Origin: Leptolyngbyaceae cyanobacterium
Lineage (GTDB): Bacteria; Cyanobacteriota; Cyanobacteriia; Phormidesmidales; Phormidesmidaceae
Direction: 5' to 3'
Length of the DNA: 49,229 nucleotides
NCBI GenBank assembly: GCA_050331235.1
Contig: JBHJHA010000047.1
Span: forward strand, 1 to 49,229
Below the pieces are notes generated by a model, which had not been told where the DNA came from, ran no database searches, and saw nothing but the letters and a program-made list of their open reading frames with translations. A program made the position numbers and the translations under genes. Within the stretch, counting starts at the first letter, position 1; every line of letters begins with the position of its first letter. Positions 29,434 through 40,403 of the stretch are shown here, in pieces.

Positions 29434-32106
29434 CTAGGATTCAACCGCAAGGGGAGCGGGGTCAGGCGGTGCGATCGCTTCTTCCGGCCGGCAGCTAAAG
29501 GTCAGCTTGCCGTTCTGTAAACTCACCTGTATGGTCCCCCCCTCAGGAAAGGCGTCCTCCAGGATCTTGGTAGCAATGGGATTTTCCAGTTCTTTTTGAA
29601 TGGCTCGCTTCAGCGGTCGAGCGCCATACACCGGGTCGTAGCCAACTTTGGCAATGTGATCGATCGCAGCTTTAGAGAGCGATATCGCCAGCTTTTGATC
29701 CGCCAAACGTTTTTCAATACGTTGCACCTGGATGGCCACAATTTCACGCAGTTGCGCTTGCAGCAGCGGGTGAAAAAGAATCAGATCATCAACCCGATTG
29801 AGAAATTCAGGTCGAAAGTGGCTGCGGAGCGCCTTCAGTACTAAATCGCGCATCTCGTCATAGCGATCGTCGTCTCCAGCCACCTCTAGAATGTGATCGC
29901 TGCCGATGTTACTAGTCATAATCACGACCGTGTTGCTGAAATCGATTAGATGCCCTTGAGAGTCAGTAATTCGACCATCATCCAGCACCTGCAACAGGAT
30001 ATTAAACACATCGGGATGAGCTTTTTCCACCTCATCCAAAAGCACAACAGAATATGAATGTCGACGTACCGCTTCGGATAGCTGTCCGCCCTCCTCGTAA
30101 CCCACATACCCAGGGGGAGCACCCACAAGCCTGGCAACCGCATGCTTTTCCATGTACTCAGACATGTCGATGCGGATCAAGGCCTCTTCCGTATCGAACA
30201 TAAACGCAGCCAGCGCTCGAGCCAGCTCCGTTTTACCGACGCCCGTGGGCCCCATAAAGAGAAATGACCCCAGGGGGCGACCGGGATCATTCATCCCAGC
30301 TCGGGCGCGGCGAATGGCAGCAGCCACAGCAGCCACAGCTTCCTCTTGGCCGATGACGCGCTCATGTAGGTGGCCTTCGAGTCGCAGCAGCTTTTGCCGC
30401 TCTGACTCCATTAAGCGGTTAACAGGAATGCCTGTCCACTTCGCCACCACTTCGGCAATGTCGGCTTCGAGTACCTGCTCCCGCAACAAAGTTTTGCCCT
30501 GGGCTTGAATGTCGATAAGCTGGGCTTCTTTGGCTTCTAGCTCTCGCTGCACCGCTTCGAGTTTGCCATATTTGAGCTGTGCGGCTTTGTTAAGGTCATA
30601 GGCGCGCTCGGCCTGATCGACCTGCACCCGTAGATGCTCTTCTTCCTCTTTGAGGGCATTGATGGCATCCAGGGTTTGCTTTTCCGTTTGCCATTGCCCG
30701 CTGAACTGTTCTTGCCGTTGGGACAGATCATCAATTTCTTCCTGAATGCGGACAAGTCGCTCTTGAGCCGTGTGGTAGGCCGATCCTGAGGAAGCATCTT
30801 CGCTCTCCAAAGAGAGCTTTTCCATTTGCAGTTGCATCAGCCGCCGATCAATCACTTCTAGCTCCTCTGGCTTAGAGGTGATTTCCATTTTGAGTTTAGC
30901 AGCGGCTTCATCAACCAGATCGATCGCCTTGTCAGGCAAAAAGCGATCGCTAATATAGCGATCGGACATGACCGCCGCGGCGACTAGGGCCGAGTCAGCA
31001 ATTTTGACCCCGTGATGTACTTCGTACCGCTCTTTCAAACCTCGCAAAATCGAAACCGTATCGTCGGCGGTGGGTTGCCCAACATACACCTGTTGGAACC
31101 GCCGCTCTAACGCCGCATCTTTTTCGATGTGTTTACGATACTCATCTAGGGTGGTGGCCCCGATGCAGCGCAGTTCTCCCCGGGCGAGCATCGGCTTCAA
31201 CAAATTGCCAGCATCCATGGTGCCTTGACCGGCTCCCGCTCCGACGACGGTGTGGAGCTCGTCAATAAACAACACAACTTGACCACCGGACTCGGTGACT
31301 TCGCTCAACACGGAACGCAAGCGGTCTTCAAACTCACCGCGATATTTAGCCCCGGCGATCAGCCCCCCGATGTCTAAGGAAATCAACTGCCGGTCCTTCA
31401 GCGATTCGGGCACATCGCCGTTGATAATGCGTTGGGCTAGCCCCTCTACGATCGCCGTTTTACCGACTCCTGGCTCACCAATGAGCACGGGATTATTTTT
31501 CGTGCGCCGTGACAATACCTGAATCACCCGACGAATTTCCTCATCCCGGCCAATGACCGGATCAAGATGGCCTTCCCGGGCGAGATCCGTAAGATCACGA
31601 CCAAACTTTTCTAGGGCCTGGTAACGGCTTTCGGGATTTTGATCCGTCACCTTTTGGCTACCGCGAACGGCTTTAATGGCCGTGGTGAGGGCGACTGAAT
31701 CAACTTCAAATCCTCGCAACAACCGCCGACCAATGCGTTCATCTTCGGCAAATCCCAGGAGCAAATGCTCAACTGAGATAAATTTATCGCCCATGGTTTG
31801 CCGAGCGGTATCGGCCTGATCCAACATGCGATCAAGGCTTTTACCCAGATATAGATTGCTGTCGGCTGAGGCGCGGACTCGGGCTTGGCGTTTGGCAAAG
31901 GTTTCTAGCTCTTTGAGCAGCAGCTCCGGGTCAAGGCTGACCTTCTGTAAAATGCTATTACCCAAACCTTCCTCTTGCTCTAGCAGCGCCACTACGACGT
32001 GTTCGGCTTCCATATATTGGTGGTTAAACCGGCGCGCTACAGTTTGAGCTTCAACAATTGCATCCCAGGCTTTATTTGTAAACTTATCCGGATCGGTGGG
32101 CTGCAT
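29434..32106 (-). CDS. clpB: ATP-dependent chaperone ClpB
   Basis: Clp N-domain, two Walker A motifs ([16 protein letters not shown]), M-domain coiled coil, [18 protein letters not shown]. Confidence 0.97.
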   Translation of the reverse strand: MQPTDPDKFTNKAWDAIVEAQTVARRFNHQYMEAEHVVVALLEQEEGLGNSILQKVSLDPELLLKELETFAKRQARVRASADSNLYLGKSLDRMLDQADTARQTMGDKFISVEHLLLGFAEDERIGRRLLRGFEVDSVALTTAIKAVRGSQKVTDQNPESRYQALEKFGRDLTDLAREGHLDPVIGRDEEIRRVIQVLSRRTKNNPVLIGEPGVGKTAIVEGLAQRIINGDVPESLKDRQLISLDIGGLIAGAKYRGEFEDRLRSVLSEVTESGGQVVLFIDELHTVVGAGAGQGTMDAGNLLKPMLARGELRCIGATTLDEYRKHIEKDAALERRFQQVYVGQPTADDTVSILRGLKERYEVHHGVKIADSALVAAAVMSDRYISDRFLPDKAIDLVDEAAAKLKMEITSKPEELEVIDRRLMQLQMEKLSLESEDASSGSAYHTAQERLVRIQEEIDDLSQRQEQFSGQWQTEKQTLDAINALKEEEEHLRVQVDQAERAYDLNKAAQLKYGKLEAVQRELEAKEAQLIDIQAQGKTLLREQVLEADIAEVVAKWTGIPVNRLMESERQKLLRLEGHLHERVIGQEEAVAAVAAAIRRARAGMNDPGRPLGSFLFMGPTGVGKTELARALAAFMFDTEEALIRIDMSEYMEKHAVARLVGAPPGYVGYEEGGQLSEAVRRHSYSVVLLDEVEKAHPDVFNILLQVLDDGRITDSQGHLIDFSNTVVIMTSNIGSDHILEVAGDDDRYDEMRDLVLKALRSHFRPEFLNRVDDLILFHPLLQAQLREIVAIQVQRIEKRLADQKLAISLSKAAIDHIAKVGYDPVYGARPLKRAIQKELENPIATKILEDAFPEGGTIQVSLQNGKLTFSCRPEEAIAPPDPAPLAVES

Positions 32107-32262
32107 GGTGGGGTGAATAAAACGGGCAAGAAATAAGTAATAATCCCTAGGTACTTCAGTGTATCAGGGTATCTGAAAGGGTGGTGGGGTAATCACTGTT
32201 TCACCTTTTCCCTTAGATTTACCACCCTTTTCCGCTTCGACCATGGGCGATCGCGGGACCGA

Positions 32263-32697
32263 TTAGCCTGCTGCTTGAGCTGTCGGCTGAGCGGATTGTT
32301 GCGCTGATCCCTGGGTTCCCAACTGAATCAGTTCGACTTTGTAACCGTCCGGATCTTGAACAAAAGCGATAACGGTTGAGCCATGTTTCATGGGACCAGG
32401 CTCGCGGACAACATTGCCCCCTTGGGTCTTAATTGCCTCACAGGTACCGTAAATATCATCAACGCCTAGGGCAATATGACCATAGCCGTCGCCGAGGTCA
32501 TACTGGTCGGTGTCCCAGTTGTGGGTCAACTCCAAAACGGTGTGGTCTGATTCGTCACCATAGCCTACAAAGGCCAGGGTAAATTTGCCCCCGGGGTAAT
32601 CCTTTTGACGCAGCAGCTTCATGCCCAAAATGTCGCAATAAAATTTGAGCGACGTCTCCAGGTTGCCGACGCGGAGCATGGTGTGTAGGAGTCTCAT
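32263..32697 (-). CDS. gloA: Lactoylglutathione lyase (glyoxalase I)
   Basis: [39 protein letters not shown] 32697 with GAGG RBS. Confidence 0.95.
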   Translation of the reverse strand: MRLLHTMLRVGNLETSLKFYCDILGMKLLRQKDYPGGKFTLAFVGYGDESDHTVLELTHNWDTDQYDLGDGYGHIALGVDDIYGTCEAIKTQGGNVVREPGPMKHGSTVIAFVQDPDGYKVELIQLGTQGSAQQSAQPTAQAAG

Positions 32698-32822
32698 CGA
32701 TTGACCTCTCGTAGGATGTAACAGCGCTCTATTCAAGTATAGAAAGATTGGGAGTGGCCAAGTACCGCCGTGTCCACAATGAGTCATCCATCTAGTCACT
32801 CGAGTGGCGGTAACATGGCAGA

Positions 32823-33524
32823 TCACCCGAGTCGCAGCCAATACTTAAGCCCATAACCGATGAGCATCAGCAGAGCGATCGCCCCCGCCCCGATGCCAAT
32901 GGGGCTGGGCACCCAAAAGTCTGCCGTAATCCGGTTGATTTGCCCAGGCATTAGCGTCCATGTTTGTGATGGTCCCCAGATATCAGTAGGCAAACGGACT
33001 CCAGGAGCTGTAACCGTGAAATGTCCATTGAGTAGCTGCTGTCCCTGGAATAGGGGCAACCCCGTTTGAGCCAGATCAGGCACCGCTGACAAATCCACTT
33101 GGATCTCTGCGTGATTATTGATCAGCACAAAGCGATGCTGCTGGCTAAGGGAGAGGGTGGCGGTCACGGGTGAGTTGCCCAAGATTGTCAACGGCGGCGC
33201 AGACTTTTGTGCCCGAAAGAATTGATTGAACTTAGCTTCTAACTCTGGCCCATTATTGAAAGGAATGTCGATTTCCAAGGTTTGAGCATCGATGAGCTGT
33301 GCCTCACCGCCCACAGCAGCAGCGCGATCGCTGAGCATCTGCAGCCACGATGACCACTCAGACTGAGTAGCGAGCTCGGCCCCGCGCCAATGGAGCTGCT
33401 GCACCAAGCGTCCATGGGTTTGACTGTCAAACTGAATGTTGACGTCGTATTGCAAGCAGCCCGTCAACATTACAACGCTCAAGATCAAGCCCAGTCGCCA
33501 AACGCTTTTGAGCCAGTGCGCCAT
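32823..33524 (-). CDS. DUF3153-like lipoprotein with C-terminal TM anchor
   Basis: Lipobox [32 protein letters not shown] followed by a TM helix. ATG 33524 with GAGGA RBS (alternative 33554). Confidence 0.72.
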   Translation of the reverse strand: MAHWLKSVWRLGLILSVVMLTGCLQYDVNIQFDSQTHGRLVQQLHWRGAELATQSEWSSWLQMLSDRAAAVGGEAQLIDAQTLEIDIPFNNGPELEAKFNQFFRAQKSAPPLTILGNSPVTATLSLSQQHRFVLINNHAEIQVDLSAVPDLAQTGLPLFQGQQLLNGHFTVTAPGVRLPTDIWGPSQTWTLMPGQINRITADFWVPSPIGIGAGAIALLMLIGYGLKYWLRLG

Positions 33525-33608
33525 CCTTGATTCCTCGCAGCGGTCACCAGACATTATTGATGAAGGCCGTCATCGATACAATGCCCGAGGGGCATCAACA
33601 GTGCTGGG

Positions 33609-33944
33609 TTATCCCCCCGCGCCGCAGCAGTGGTCAATCCCGAGGCTATCGAGCAGCAAATCGCCCACAGCGTTGGCGATCGCAAACTCACCGTAAAAGC
33701 TTTTAGAGAAATCGAAACTCTGCATCTCCGTGAGCACAGCCATGACCAATGCCCCCAGATCGTTCTCCCCTTCCATGCGCTGGCGCACGAACACCTGGGC
33801 CGCCCGTTTGGCAATATCAACATTCACCGCCTCGGGAGGAAATTCAGTATTGAGCCAAGTATGCAGCGCCGCTTGGAGCCATTCACCTTCCTGTTGAGGA
33901 TTTTCGGGTGGCGGCAACACAATCGGCTCGACGGGATCGACCAT
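33609..33944 (-). CDS. Conserved hypothetical protein
   Basis: 111-aa ORF from ATG 33944; EGEWLQAALHTWLN..FVRQRMEGENDL..FYGEFAIANAV..CCG; co-oriented with flanking genes. Confidence 0.75.
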   Translation of the reverse strand: MVDPVEPIVLPPPENPQQEGEWLQAALHTWLNTEFPPEAVNVDIAKRAAQVFVRQRMEGENDLGALVMAVLTEMQSFDFSKSFYGEFAIANAVGDLLLDSLGIDHCCGAGG

Positions 33945-34091
33945 AACGGAGAAAGCTCTCAGTTGACGGCAACATTCTCGGTCGTCCACAACACGTCCGG
34001 AATGCCCCTTTGATAATGCCAAATTTTGCGGGAGTTACCGCAGCTTTGTTACAACTCCGTATTAGTCACTGAGCGATCGCTCAACCAACGG

Positions 34092-34655
34092 TTAGTCATC
34101 AGCCAGAGTTGACAGGGTGTAAAGCAGCTTGCGCGGGGCGGCGTTGTAATCCAAAAACGAGAAGTGATGCCAGTACCGTAACCGACCATATTTATCTAAA
34201 ACAAACTGAGCTGCTAGCGGGGCTCCCAACGCTTGCCCCGTACCATATTGCCGAAAGACTTCACAAAATGGATCGCTGAGCAGAGGGGGCTGCAAATTGA
34301 GCTTGGTCTTCACCACTTGGCTCTGAGCCAGATCAGTACTGGTAATCAAAACCAGTTGCGCCCCTGCTGCCGCAAACTTAGCCGCAGCGTCATTGAGCTC
34401 AACTAAATGGGGAAAGCAAAGTGGACAGTAATGTCGCTCAGTAAAAATCCGGGTAAAGGCTAGCACCACTGGCCGTTCACCCCAATGCTGCGACAATCGA
34501 TAGGATTGCCGGGTCCCCACTTCGATCAGGGTAAAGTCTGGGGCGCGATCGCCCAGTTGAAAGCAGTTCCGGGCAGGAATAGGCACAAAGTTGCGCCAAA
34601 ACCGCTCGCTGAACAATGTCGAATTAGGAGCAGTAGAAGGGGTTAGACTCGTCAT
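34092..34655 (-). CDS. AhpC/TSA (redoxin) family protein with CxxC
   Basis: GDRAPDFTL, RIFTERHYCPLC, LLSDP, AQFVLD. Confidence 0.85.
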   Translation of the reverse strand: MTSLTPSTAPNSTLFSERFWRNFVPIPARNCFQLGDRAPDFTLIEVGTRQSYRLSQHWGERPVVLAFTRIFTERHYCPLCFPHLVELNDAAAKFAAAGAQLVLITSTDLAQSQVVKTKLNLQPPLLSDPFCEVFRQYGTGQALGAPLAAQFVLDKYGRLRYWHHFSFLDYNAAPRKLLYTLSTLADD

Positions 34656-34679
34656 AGGACGACCTCCGTGGAGCGACCG

Positions 34680-35288
34680 CTACACCGCAGCAAAGAAGTC
34701 CTTTGATTTCACCGGATCGGGGCTCATGGTTTTCTCCCCAGGCTGCCAGTCCACCGGACATACTTCTTCGGGGTGGGCTTGCACATGCTGAATCGCCTGT
34801 AACACCCGCAGCGTCTCGTCTACGCTACGCCCAAAAGAGAGGTTATTCACCGTTGAATGTTGAATCACACCTTCCTTATCGATGATGAAGAGGCCCCGCA
34901 ACGCTACCCCAGCATCAGGGTCTAGTTCATTGTAGGCGTCACTAATCTCCTTTTTAATATCGGAGATCAGGGGGTAGCTGATATCACCCAAGCCGCCCAT
35001 TTTGCGCTCAGTTTGAATCCAGGCCAAGTGGGAAAACTCACTATCGACGGAAACCGCTAGGACCTCCGTATTCAAGTCTTTAAACTCGCTATGGCGATCG
35101 CTAAAGGCCGTGATTTCAGTCGGGCAAACAAAGGTGAAATCCAGCGGATAGAAAAACAGGATGATGTATTTGCCACGATAGTCAGAAATCTTAATCGTCT
35201 TAAACTCCTGGTCAACCACAGCGGTCGCGGTGAAATCAGGGGCTGATTGACCAACGCGAAGACAACTGTCTGCTGTTGGGGTAGTCAT
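34680..35288 (-). CDS. 2-Cys peroxiredoxin
   Basis: [14 protein letters not shown] (peroxidatic Cys), GGLG, EVCPVDW (resolving Cys). Confidence 0.96.
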   Translation of the reverse strand: MTTPTADSCLRVGQSAPDFTATAVVDQEFKTIKISDYRGKYIILFFYPLDFTFVCPTEITAFSDRHSEFKDLNTEVLAVSVDSEFSHLAWIQTERKMGGLGDISYPLISDIKKEISDAYNELDPDAGVALRGLFIIDKEGVIQHSTVNNLSFGRSVDETLRVLQAIQHVQAHPEEVCPVDWQPGEKTMSPDPVKSKDFFAAV

Positions 35289-35562
35289 ACAATTTCATCC
35301 TCAAAAGATACGCTGGCAACGGGGGTGACAAGTTAAACCCCAAACGATAGTGACTCCATCATAGTCGCTCTGCTTTCTGCGCGATCGCTGACTGCCAGTC
35401 GGCAGCATGGGTACGACGTTGATACTCTAGAGGGCAATCCAGAAAAGGATGCGGCGTCAGTCATCGCCATTCCACCTATACTTTTGATGTTTTTGACTCC
35501 GGTGCCGCTGCCCTGACTTAAGGAGGAGCGCATCACAAGACTTTCAACCTGAAGCGGAATCG

Positions 35563-36333
35563 ATGATGTGTGCCATGCGCCGAGGTCTAAGCAGTATCAG
35601 CTCAATATTGATAGGGGCCATGCTAGGCTGCACCCCGCCGGAGAGGGTCCTTTCCCACCAAGCCAGCTTGACTGTGACTCCGGCCTTGGCGCAGGTCCTA
35701 CGCTATCCTACTTTTTTGATCGATGCACGGGGGGCTGAGGCCGCTCGTCAGGCTGGGTTAGCAGCCCGTCAGCAGGGCGACTTTGCTGTCGCGATCGCTG
35801 AGCTCGAGACCGCCGTCGTGCTCGACCCGTTTCATGTCCCCAGTTATGTCGTCCTCGGCTGGACGCAGCATTTGGCTGGACAACGACCAGCAGCGATCGC
35901 CACCCTCAATCAAGGATTAGCGCTAGATGCTGAGCACGTACCAGCACTGAACGCCTTGGGCATCGCCTACCTAGTTGATGGGCAGATTGAGCCGGCGATC
36001 GCCACGCATACACAAGCCAAAACCTTAAAATCCGACAATGAGATTGCCTATTACAATCTCAGCCTGGCTTATCAACAATTACCCGACTTGGCAGCAGCCA
36101 TTAGCCACGCCCAGCAAGCCACCGAATTAGAACCCTACAACCCTCATCCCTGGGTGGCCCTAGCCCTAGCTCACTGGAGTGATCAGGCCCCAACGGCAGC
36201 TCAGGCGGCGTATCAACAGGCATTGCAACTCGATGGTCGCTACTACGAGGCATATCACCTTGATCATTTACTGCGGGCTGGCTTCAGCCATGAGCAGATT
36301 CGCCAAGTCGACGAAATTCGCCTCAGCCTATAA
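35563..36333 (+). CDS. Tetratricopeptide repeat protein (possible lipoprotein)
   Basis: About 5 TPR units (e.g. ALNALGIAY, AYYNLSLAY..ATELEP); N-terminal hydrophobic segment ending MLGC. Confidence 0.85.
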   Translation: MMCAMRRGLSSISSILIGAMLGCTPPERVLSHQASLTVTPALAQVLRYPTFLIDARGAEAARQAGLAARQQGDFAVAIAELETAVVLDPFHVPSYVVLGWTQHLAGQRPAAIATLNQGLALDAEHVPALNALGIAYLVDGQIEPAIATHTQAKTLKSDNEIAYYNLSLAYQQLPDLAAAISHAQQATELEPYNPHPWVALALAHWSDQAPTAAQAAYQQALQLDGRYYEAYHLDHLLRAGFSHEQIRQVDEIRLSL

Positions 36334-36529
36334 AAATTATCCCTGCGTTAAAAGTCGTTACTGAGCCTGGAAGCAATGTATAGACGCCGGGATTGAACCG
36401 GAAGTTATTTTAGCCAATTTTGAAGCTATCAGGCCCTAACTTTTTGAGCCAAAGTTATGAAATCAAAACTTTTATTACCTTAGCAAGGAGTTAATAAAAA
36501 CAGATGAATCGGGGCTCAATTGAGGCTGT

Positions 36530-36579
36530 TGTCAATAAATTAAAAGCCAGCTATAAAGCTGGCTTTTAATTTATTGACA
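36530..36579. terminator. Perfect 23-bp inverted repeat, probable bidirectional terminator
   Basis: tgtcaataaattaaaagccagct-ataa-agctggcttttaatttattgaca; U-rich tails on both strands; 5 nt past the stop of the minus-strand small gene. Confidence 0.75.
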
Positions 36580-36584
36580 TGGCG

Positions 36585-36764
36585 TCAGGGATTAAAATGT
36601 TCTTCGGGCTTGTGAAGCTTGACCCAACACTTTTCGAGATGCTCGATGCGGTGAAAATGCCAGAATGATCGCGGATTGAGTTTCGCCTTTTGTTGCGAAC
36701 TGAAAACAGGTTGTTTTAGATAAGCCCAAAGCGGAAATTTCTTAGGGTTATACCGAGAGTTCAT
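36585..36764 (-). CDS. Small hypothetical protein (59 aa)
   Basis: MNSRYNPKKFPLWAYLKQPVF..LNPRSFW..LEKCW; aromatic-rich, resembles a recurring small cyanobacterial protein; followed directly by the hairpin. Confidence 0.6.
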   Translation of the reverse strand: MNSRYNPKKFPLWAYLKQPVFSSQQKAKLNPRSFWHFHRIEHLEKCWVKLHKPEEHFNP

Positions 36765-36932
36765 AGCGTGTGAGGACAAAAGTTTACAGTTTAGATGAGG
36801 CGCGATCGCTGACGTGTCGACCATCAACGCCAGTGCCATCTCCTACAAGTAAAACATGCCCAAAAACTGGGGCTTGGATAACAAACTCCAGTTGGAAAAA
36901 ATATTCAATAAAGCACAATAAAGTTCATAAAA

Positions 36933-37318
36933 TGGAGCCGACGGGAGTCGAACCCGTGTCCGCTTCGAGTAGTAACACTCCATTCATTCACAGACTTAGC
37001 CTTTCTAACCCTCAAGGCGGGAACCGCTAATTATCCCTAGCGGTGGGATTCTCTGATAGGTGCTTAGCCCTAGGTGTTACCAGAGAAACGCCTAGGGAGC
37101 ATCCGTTGGGGTTTGTCCGTGATCCTTAACGGAGTCAGACCACAGACGCTCGCTAACGTGTTAGTTAATTAAGCAGCAACAGGTGCAGCTTTACGAGCAA
37201 AAGGAACGATGTTGTTCGCAGTTACGTTTGTTTTGAGCCTGGATTTACGAGAGTAGACTCCCTCTCGGTCTGAATCACAGAGTGACTTTCGTCAAAACGT
37301 CGAAACCGTTACGGCCCC
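36933..37318 (-). ncRNA. ssrA: tmRNA
   Basis: 5' GGGGCCGTAACGGTTTCGACG; 3' GGGTTCGACTCCCGTCGGCTCCA; tag frame 37219..37169 encodes ANNIVPFARKAAPVAA*. Confidence 0.97.
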
Positions 37319-37697
37319 TTGTTTGATCTCTAGAGTAGCCGATCATCTTGGCAATCGGGGTGGGGGTTTCTCTACCTAGCGAACGATTTCATCCCCGTCA
37401 GCGCTTCCAAAAGACCCGCCAAAGGTGGCTCAGGGCAACGCCTAGAGGCGATGGCGATCGCTCCAATTATCAGACCGATAACCTTTCATAAACGTAATTG
37501 TGTTCATTTTTACCTATAATATTTACTTAATGATTGCCGATCAGTTCTGACCTGGCGGGTTGAACCCTTACAGAGTTTAGGGCATTGGCAGCATCCACAT
37601 TTGACGATTGAGCTGATATCTGGCGTCGGTTTTTCGCGTCCTGGGTTAGCTCACCGGTGGAAATTACGTTCGCGCCAGAGCAGTAAGAGGTTGACGC

Positions 37698-38147
37698 ATG
37701 ACTAGCCAAAACGGAACCACTAACGAAGAAAAGTCGACTCCCCAAGACACGAGCGACGCGACTCCCGCTAAGTCGACGAGCAAAACGACTCCCCGCCGCC
37801 AGTCTAATAAAAGTACTTTAGCTAAAGCTGAAGAAAAAGATAACGGTGAAGTGGTGTACGTGCTGAACGACACGACTCGCATCGCGCCCACCGAGTATCT
37901 GCCCAATCACCGGCCGATCTCTCTCTCCAACTTTGATGTTGTCGGCACTTTAGATGCGGCGGGGGAGCGGCCCATCATGTCCACTGAGTTTGAGGTGGCA
38001 ACCACGGAATTATTGCCTGGTCATCGTCCGGTCGCGGTCAGCACCTTGCCCATTTCTGATATGCAGTTTTTGCCTGGCAACCGCCCCATTGCTTCAAATG
38101 ATGTGGTTGACCCGACTCCAGCCGTTTTGATGGGTTACCTTGATTAA
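37698..38147 (+). CDS. Hypothetical protein with four RP[IV]-containing repeats
   Basis: ATG with GAGG RBS; repeats YLPNHRPIS, AAGERPIM, LLPGHRPVA, FLPGNRPIA; followed by a terminator. Confidence 0.8.
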   Translation: MTSQNGTTNEEKSTPQDTSDATPAKSTSKTTPRRQSNKSTLAKAEEKDNGEVVYVLNDTTRIAPTEYLPNHRPISLSNFDVVGTLDAAGERPIMSTEFEVATTELLPGHRPVAVSTLPISDMQFLPGNRPIASNDVVDPTPAVLMGYLD

Positions 38148-38197
38148 GGCGATCGCTCGCCGCGGTCGGTACAAGCTTGCCAATCCCTAATCACAGG

Positions 38198-38228
38198 AGG
38201 ATGCTGAAAATCAGCATCCTTTTTATTT
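38198..38228 (+). terminator. Rho-independent terminator
   Basis: aggatgctga-aaa-tcagcatcct followed by ttttattt. Confidence 0.85.
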
Positions 38229-38282
38229 GAAAGCTTGTTTTGGCAGGCAACTGCCATCGGTGAGCAAATCCCCTGATGGGTC

Positions 38283-39233
38283 CTATCGAGGCACGGCCAC
38301 TTGCTTTAGGAGCGAGGCAATTACAGCATCCGTAGTGAGACCATCAAGCTGCGCTTCGGGCCCTAAGAGTAAGCGATGACGCAAGAGCGGTACTGCCACT
38401 GCCTTCACATTGTCAGGCGTGACATAGCGTTGGTCATGGAGCCAAGCATGGGCTTTGCTCGCTCGGAGCCAACTCACGACAGAGCGTGGCGAAGCGCCAA
38501 GGGATAAATCTCGCGACTGACGGGTTTTGTGCGTCAGCGCCAAAAGATAGTCTAAGACCTGATCTTCGGCTTTGATCTCTTTAACCGCTTGACGGGCAGC
38601 CAAGATTGCCGTGTCGCCCACCATGGGCTGTAAATTTTGAATGTTGACTCGCCGCGCTTCAAAGCCAGCCTGGGTATTTTTCAACATTTGCTTTTCGGCT
38701 TGGGTATCGGGATAGGTCACCACCAGCTTGAACAGAAAGCGATCAAGCTGCGCCTCGGGCAGCGGGTAAGTGCCTTCAAACTCCAAAGAGTTTTGCGTGG
38801 CGATGACCCAAAACAGCTCTGGCAGAGAATGCCCGGTGCCGTCTAAGGTCACTTGCTGCTCTTCCATAGCTTCCAAGAGTGCTGCCTGGGTTTTGGGTGG
38901 GGTACGGTTGATTTCATCCGCTAGCAAGACCTGGGTGAAAACTGGCCCCTTTTTGAGGGTAAAGTCACGGGTATTGAGGTCAAAGACATTGGTGCCTAAA
39001 ATGTCAGACGGCAATATATCTGGCGTGAGCTGAATACGACAAAACTCTGCCTGTATCAGTTGAGCAAGCACTTTTACCGTTAGGGTTTTGCCGGTGCCGG
39101 GAACCCCTTCTAAGATGACGTGACCATTCGACAGCAGTGCCACCAAGAGCTGGTCGATGACGGCGGTCTGACCGACCACGATCTGACTTAGCGTTTGACC
39201 GATGCGCTTAATCTGCGCTTGTAGCTCACTCAT
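38283..39233 (-). CDS. MoxR family AAA+ ATPase
   Basis: GHVILEGVPGTGKT, RIQLTPDILPSD, LADEINRTPPKTQAALLEAM, EGTYPLPEAQLDRF, GASPR. Confidence 0.95.
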   Translation of the reverse strand: MSELQAQIKRIGQTLSQIVVGQTAVIDQLLVALLSNGHVILEGVPGTGKTLTVKVLAQLIQAEFCRIQLTPDILPSDILGTNVFDLNTRDFTLKKGPVFTQVLLADEINRTPPKTQAALLEAMEEQQVTLDGTGHSLPELFWVIATQNSLEFEGTYPLPEAQLDRFLFKLVVTYPDTQAEKQMLKNTQAGFEARRVNIQNLQPMVGDTAILAARQAVKEIKAEDQVLDYLLALTHKTRQSRDLSLGASPRSVVSWLRASKAHAWLHDQRYVTPDNVKAVAVPLLRHRLLLGPEAQLDGLTTDAVIASLLKQVAVPR

Positions 39234-39272
39234 GGGGGCGACCCGCTCAACGACACTTGATTGTAAGCATTT

Positions 39273-40403
39273 CTATGGGCGAATGGAGATTTGGCGGAGG
39301 TGTCGCAACTTTTCTAGCCACATCTTCAGGGAACCATCAGCGCTCTTAGGCGGTACCCGCGGCGGCCGGAGTAACGGCGTCAACGCTTGGGGCGATCGCC
39401 CGGTCTGGTGAGACCACGCAGTTTGTAAGGTAGCGTCTTCAATATGGGTGGCATGGAGACCTAAGTTCCGCTGTAGCCGCGATCGCTCAGCCTTAGCCAA
39501 CGTATCCACTAAAAACTGACTACTTTCGGCTTTATGCAGCACCGCCGCCAGCGCTTCGATGTAGGCTTGGCTGTTATCTACCTTGGGGGCTTTGAGGAGC
39601 GTCAGGTTGCCCAAACGGCGATTTTGCGCTGATAAAAAAAGTGCTAACAGAATCACAATTTGAACTAGCGCGACTTTGACCGGTGTACGGGCCAAATATG
39701 CGCCCCAAGTATTCACCGTTTCGGTGACGATCGCCTCGGCGGCCGTATAACCATGCAGGTACTCATCAACCCAGATGGGGCCGCCCGCCTGGGTCGCCAA
39801 GTCAGCCAAAAAAGCAAAATTTCCTGGTGCAGTGAGATAGGCATTAGCCGCTAGGTGGGGCGTGAGCGCCAGGATCAGGCGACCGGCCTCAGCCTCAGTG
39901 CGCTGCCAAACTACGGCTCCGTAGGTATCCCCCAACAAACTACGTTCACTATTCGTAGCGATGCTGTCGCGGCGGCGAGTCTTGATCACCACTTCTCCAC
40001 CGTCGCTTGGCAACCGGGTCGTAAAGGGAATGTCCTGGATTTGCGCATCGACCCCCAAAACAATCAAGGAATTACCAGCCTCAAGCCAAGCCTCGAGCCA
40101 GTCGTCCTCCCAAGCTCGGTATTCCTCGACCATGCCGGGAAAAATGCGCAAAAGCGTTTGGGGTCGGTCGTCGATCTGATCGAGCAAGTCTGACAGCGGC
40201 TGTCGCCACCGTTGCACCGGCGTGCCCTGAGCCGCCATGTAATCGAACCAACCGAGGTAGCCCTCCGGCGATCGCGTGTAGGTTGAGCCACTAGTTTTCC
40301 GACCGGTGGCTGGCGCTAGCACTACCAGCAGGGCAAAAAGCAGCACCAAGCCCACTAGGGCAAAGAGCACATAGCGATTTCGCAATGGGAGCGTACGGGT
40401 CAT
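39273..40403 (-). CDS. DUF4350-family membrane protein
   Basis: N-terminal TM, GSTYTRSPEGY, WVDEYLHGY, second TM followed by RRLG; directly upstream of moxR. Confidence 0.78.
   Translation of the reverse strand: MTRTLPLRNRYVLFALVGLVLLFALLVVLAPATGRKTSGSTYTRSPEGYLGWFDYMAAQGTPVQRWRQPLSDLLDQIDDRPQTLLRIFPGMVEEYRAWEDDWLEAWLEAGNSLIVLGVDAQIQDIPFTTRLPSDGGEVVIKTRRRDSIATNSERSLLGDTYGAVVWQRTEAEAGRLILALTPHLAANAYLTAPGNFAFLADLATQAGGPIWVDEYLHGYTAAEAIVTETVNTWGAYLARTPVKVALVQIVILLALFLSAQNRRLGNLTLLKAPKVDNSQAYIEALAAVLHKAESSQFLVDTLAKAERSRLQRNLGLHATHIEDATLQTAWSHQTGRSPQALTPLLRPPRVPPKSADGSLKMWLEKLRHLRQISIRP

Noticed and set aside
36381..36402. T-arm-like sequence on the minus strand (ccgg-TTCAATC-ccgg) about 550 nt downstream of ssrA, a possible att remnant
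   Set aside because: Little identity to the ssrA 3' end and no other tRNA arms; plausibly chance.
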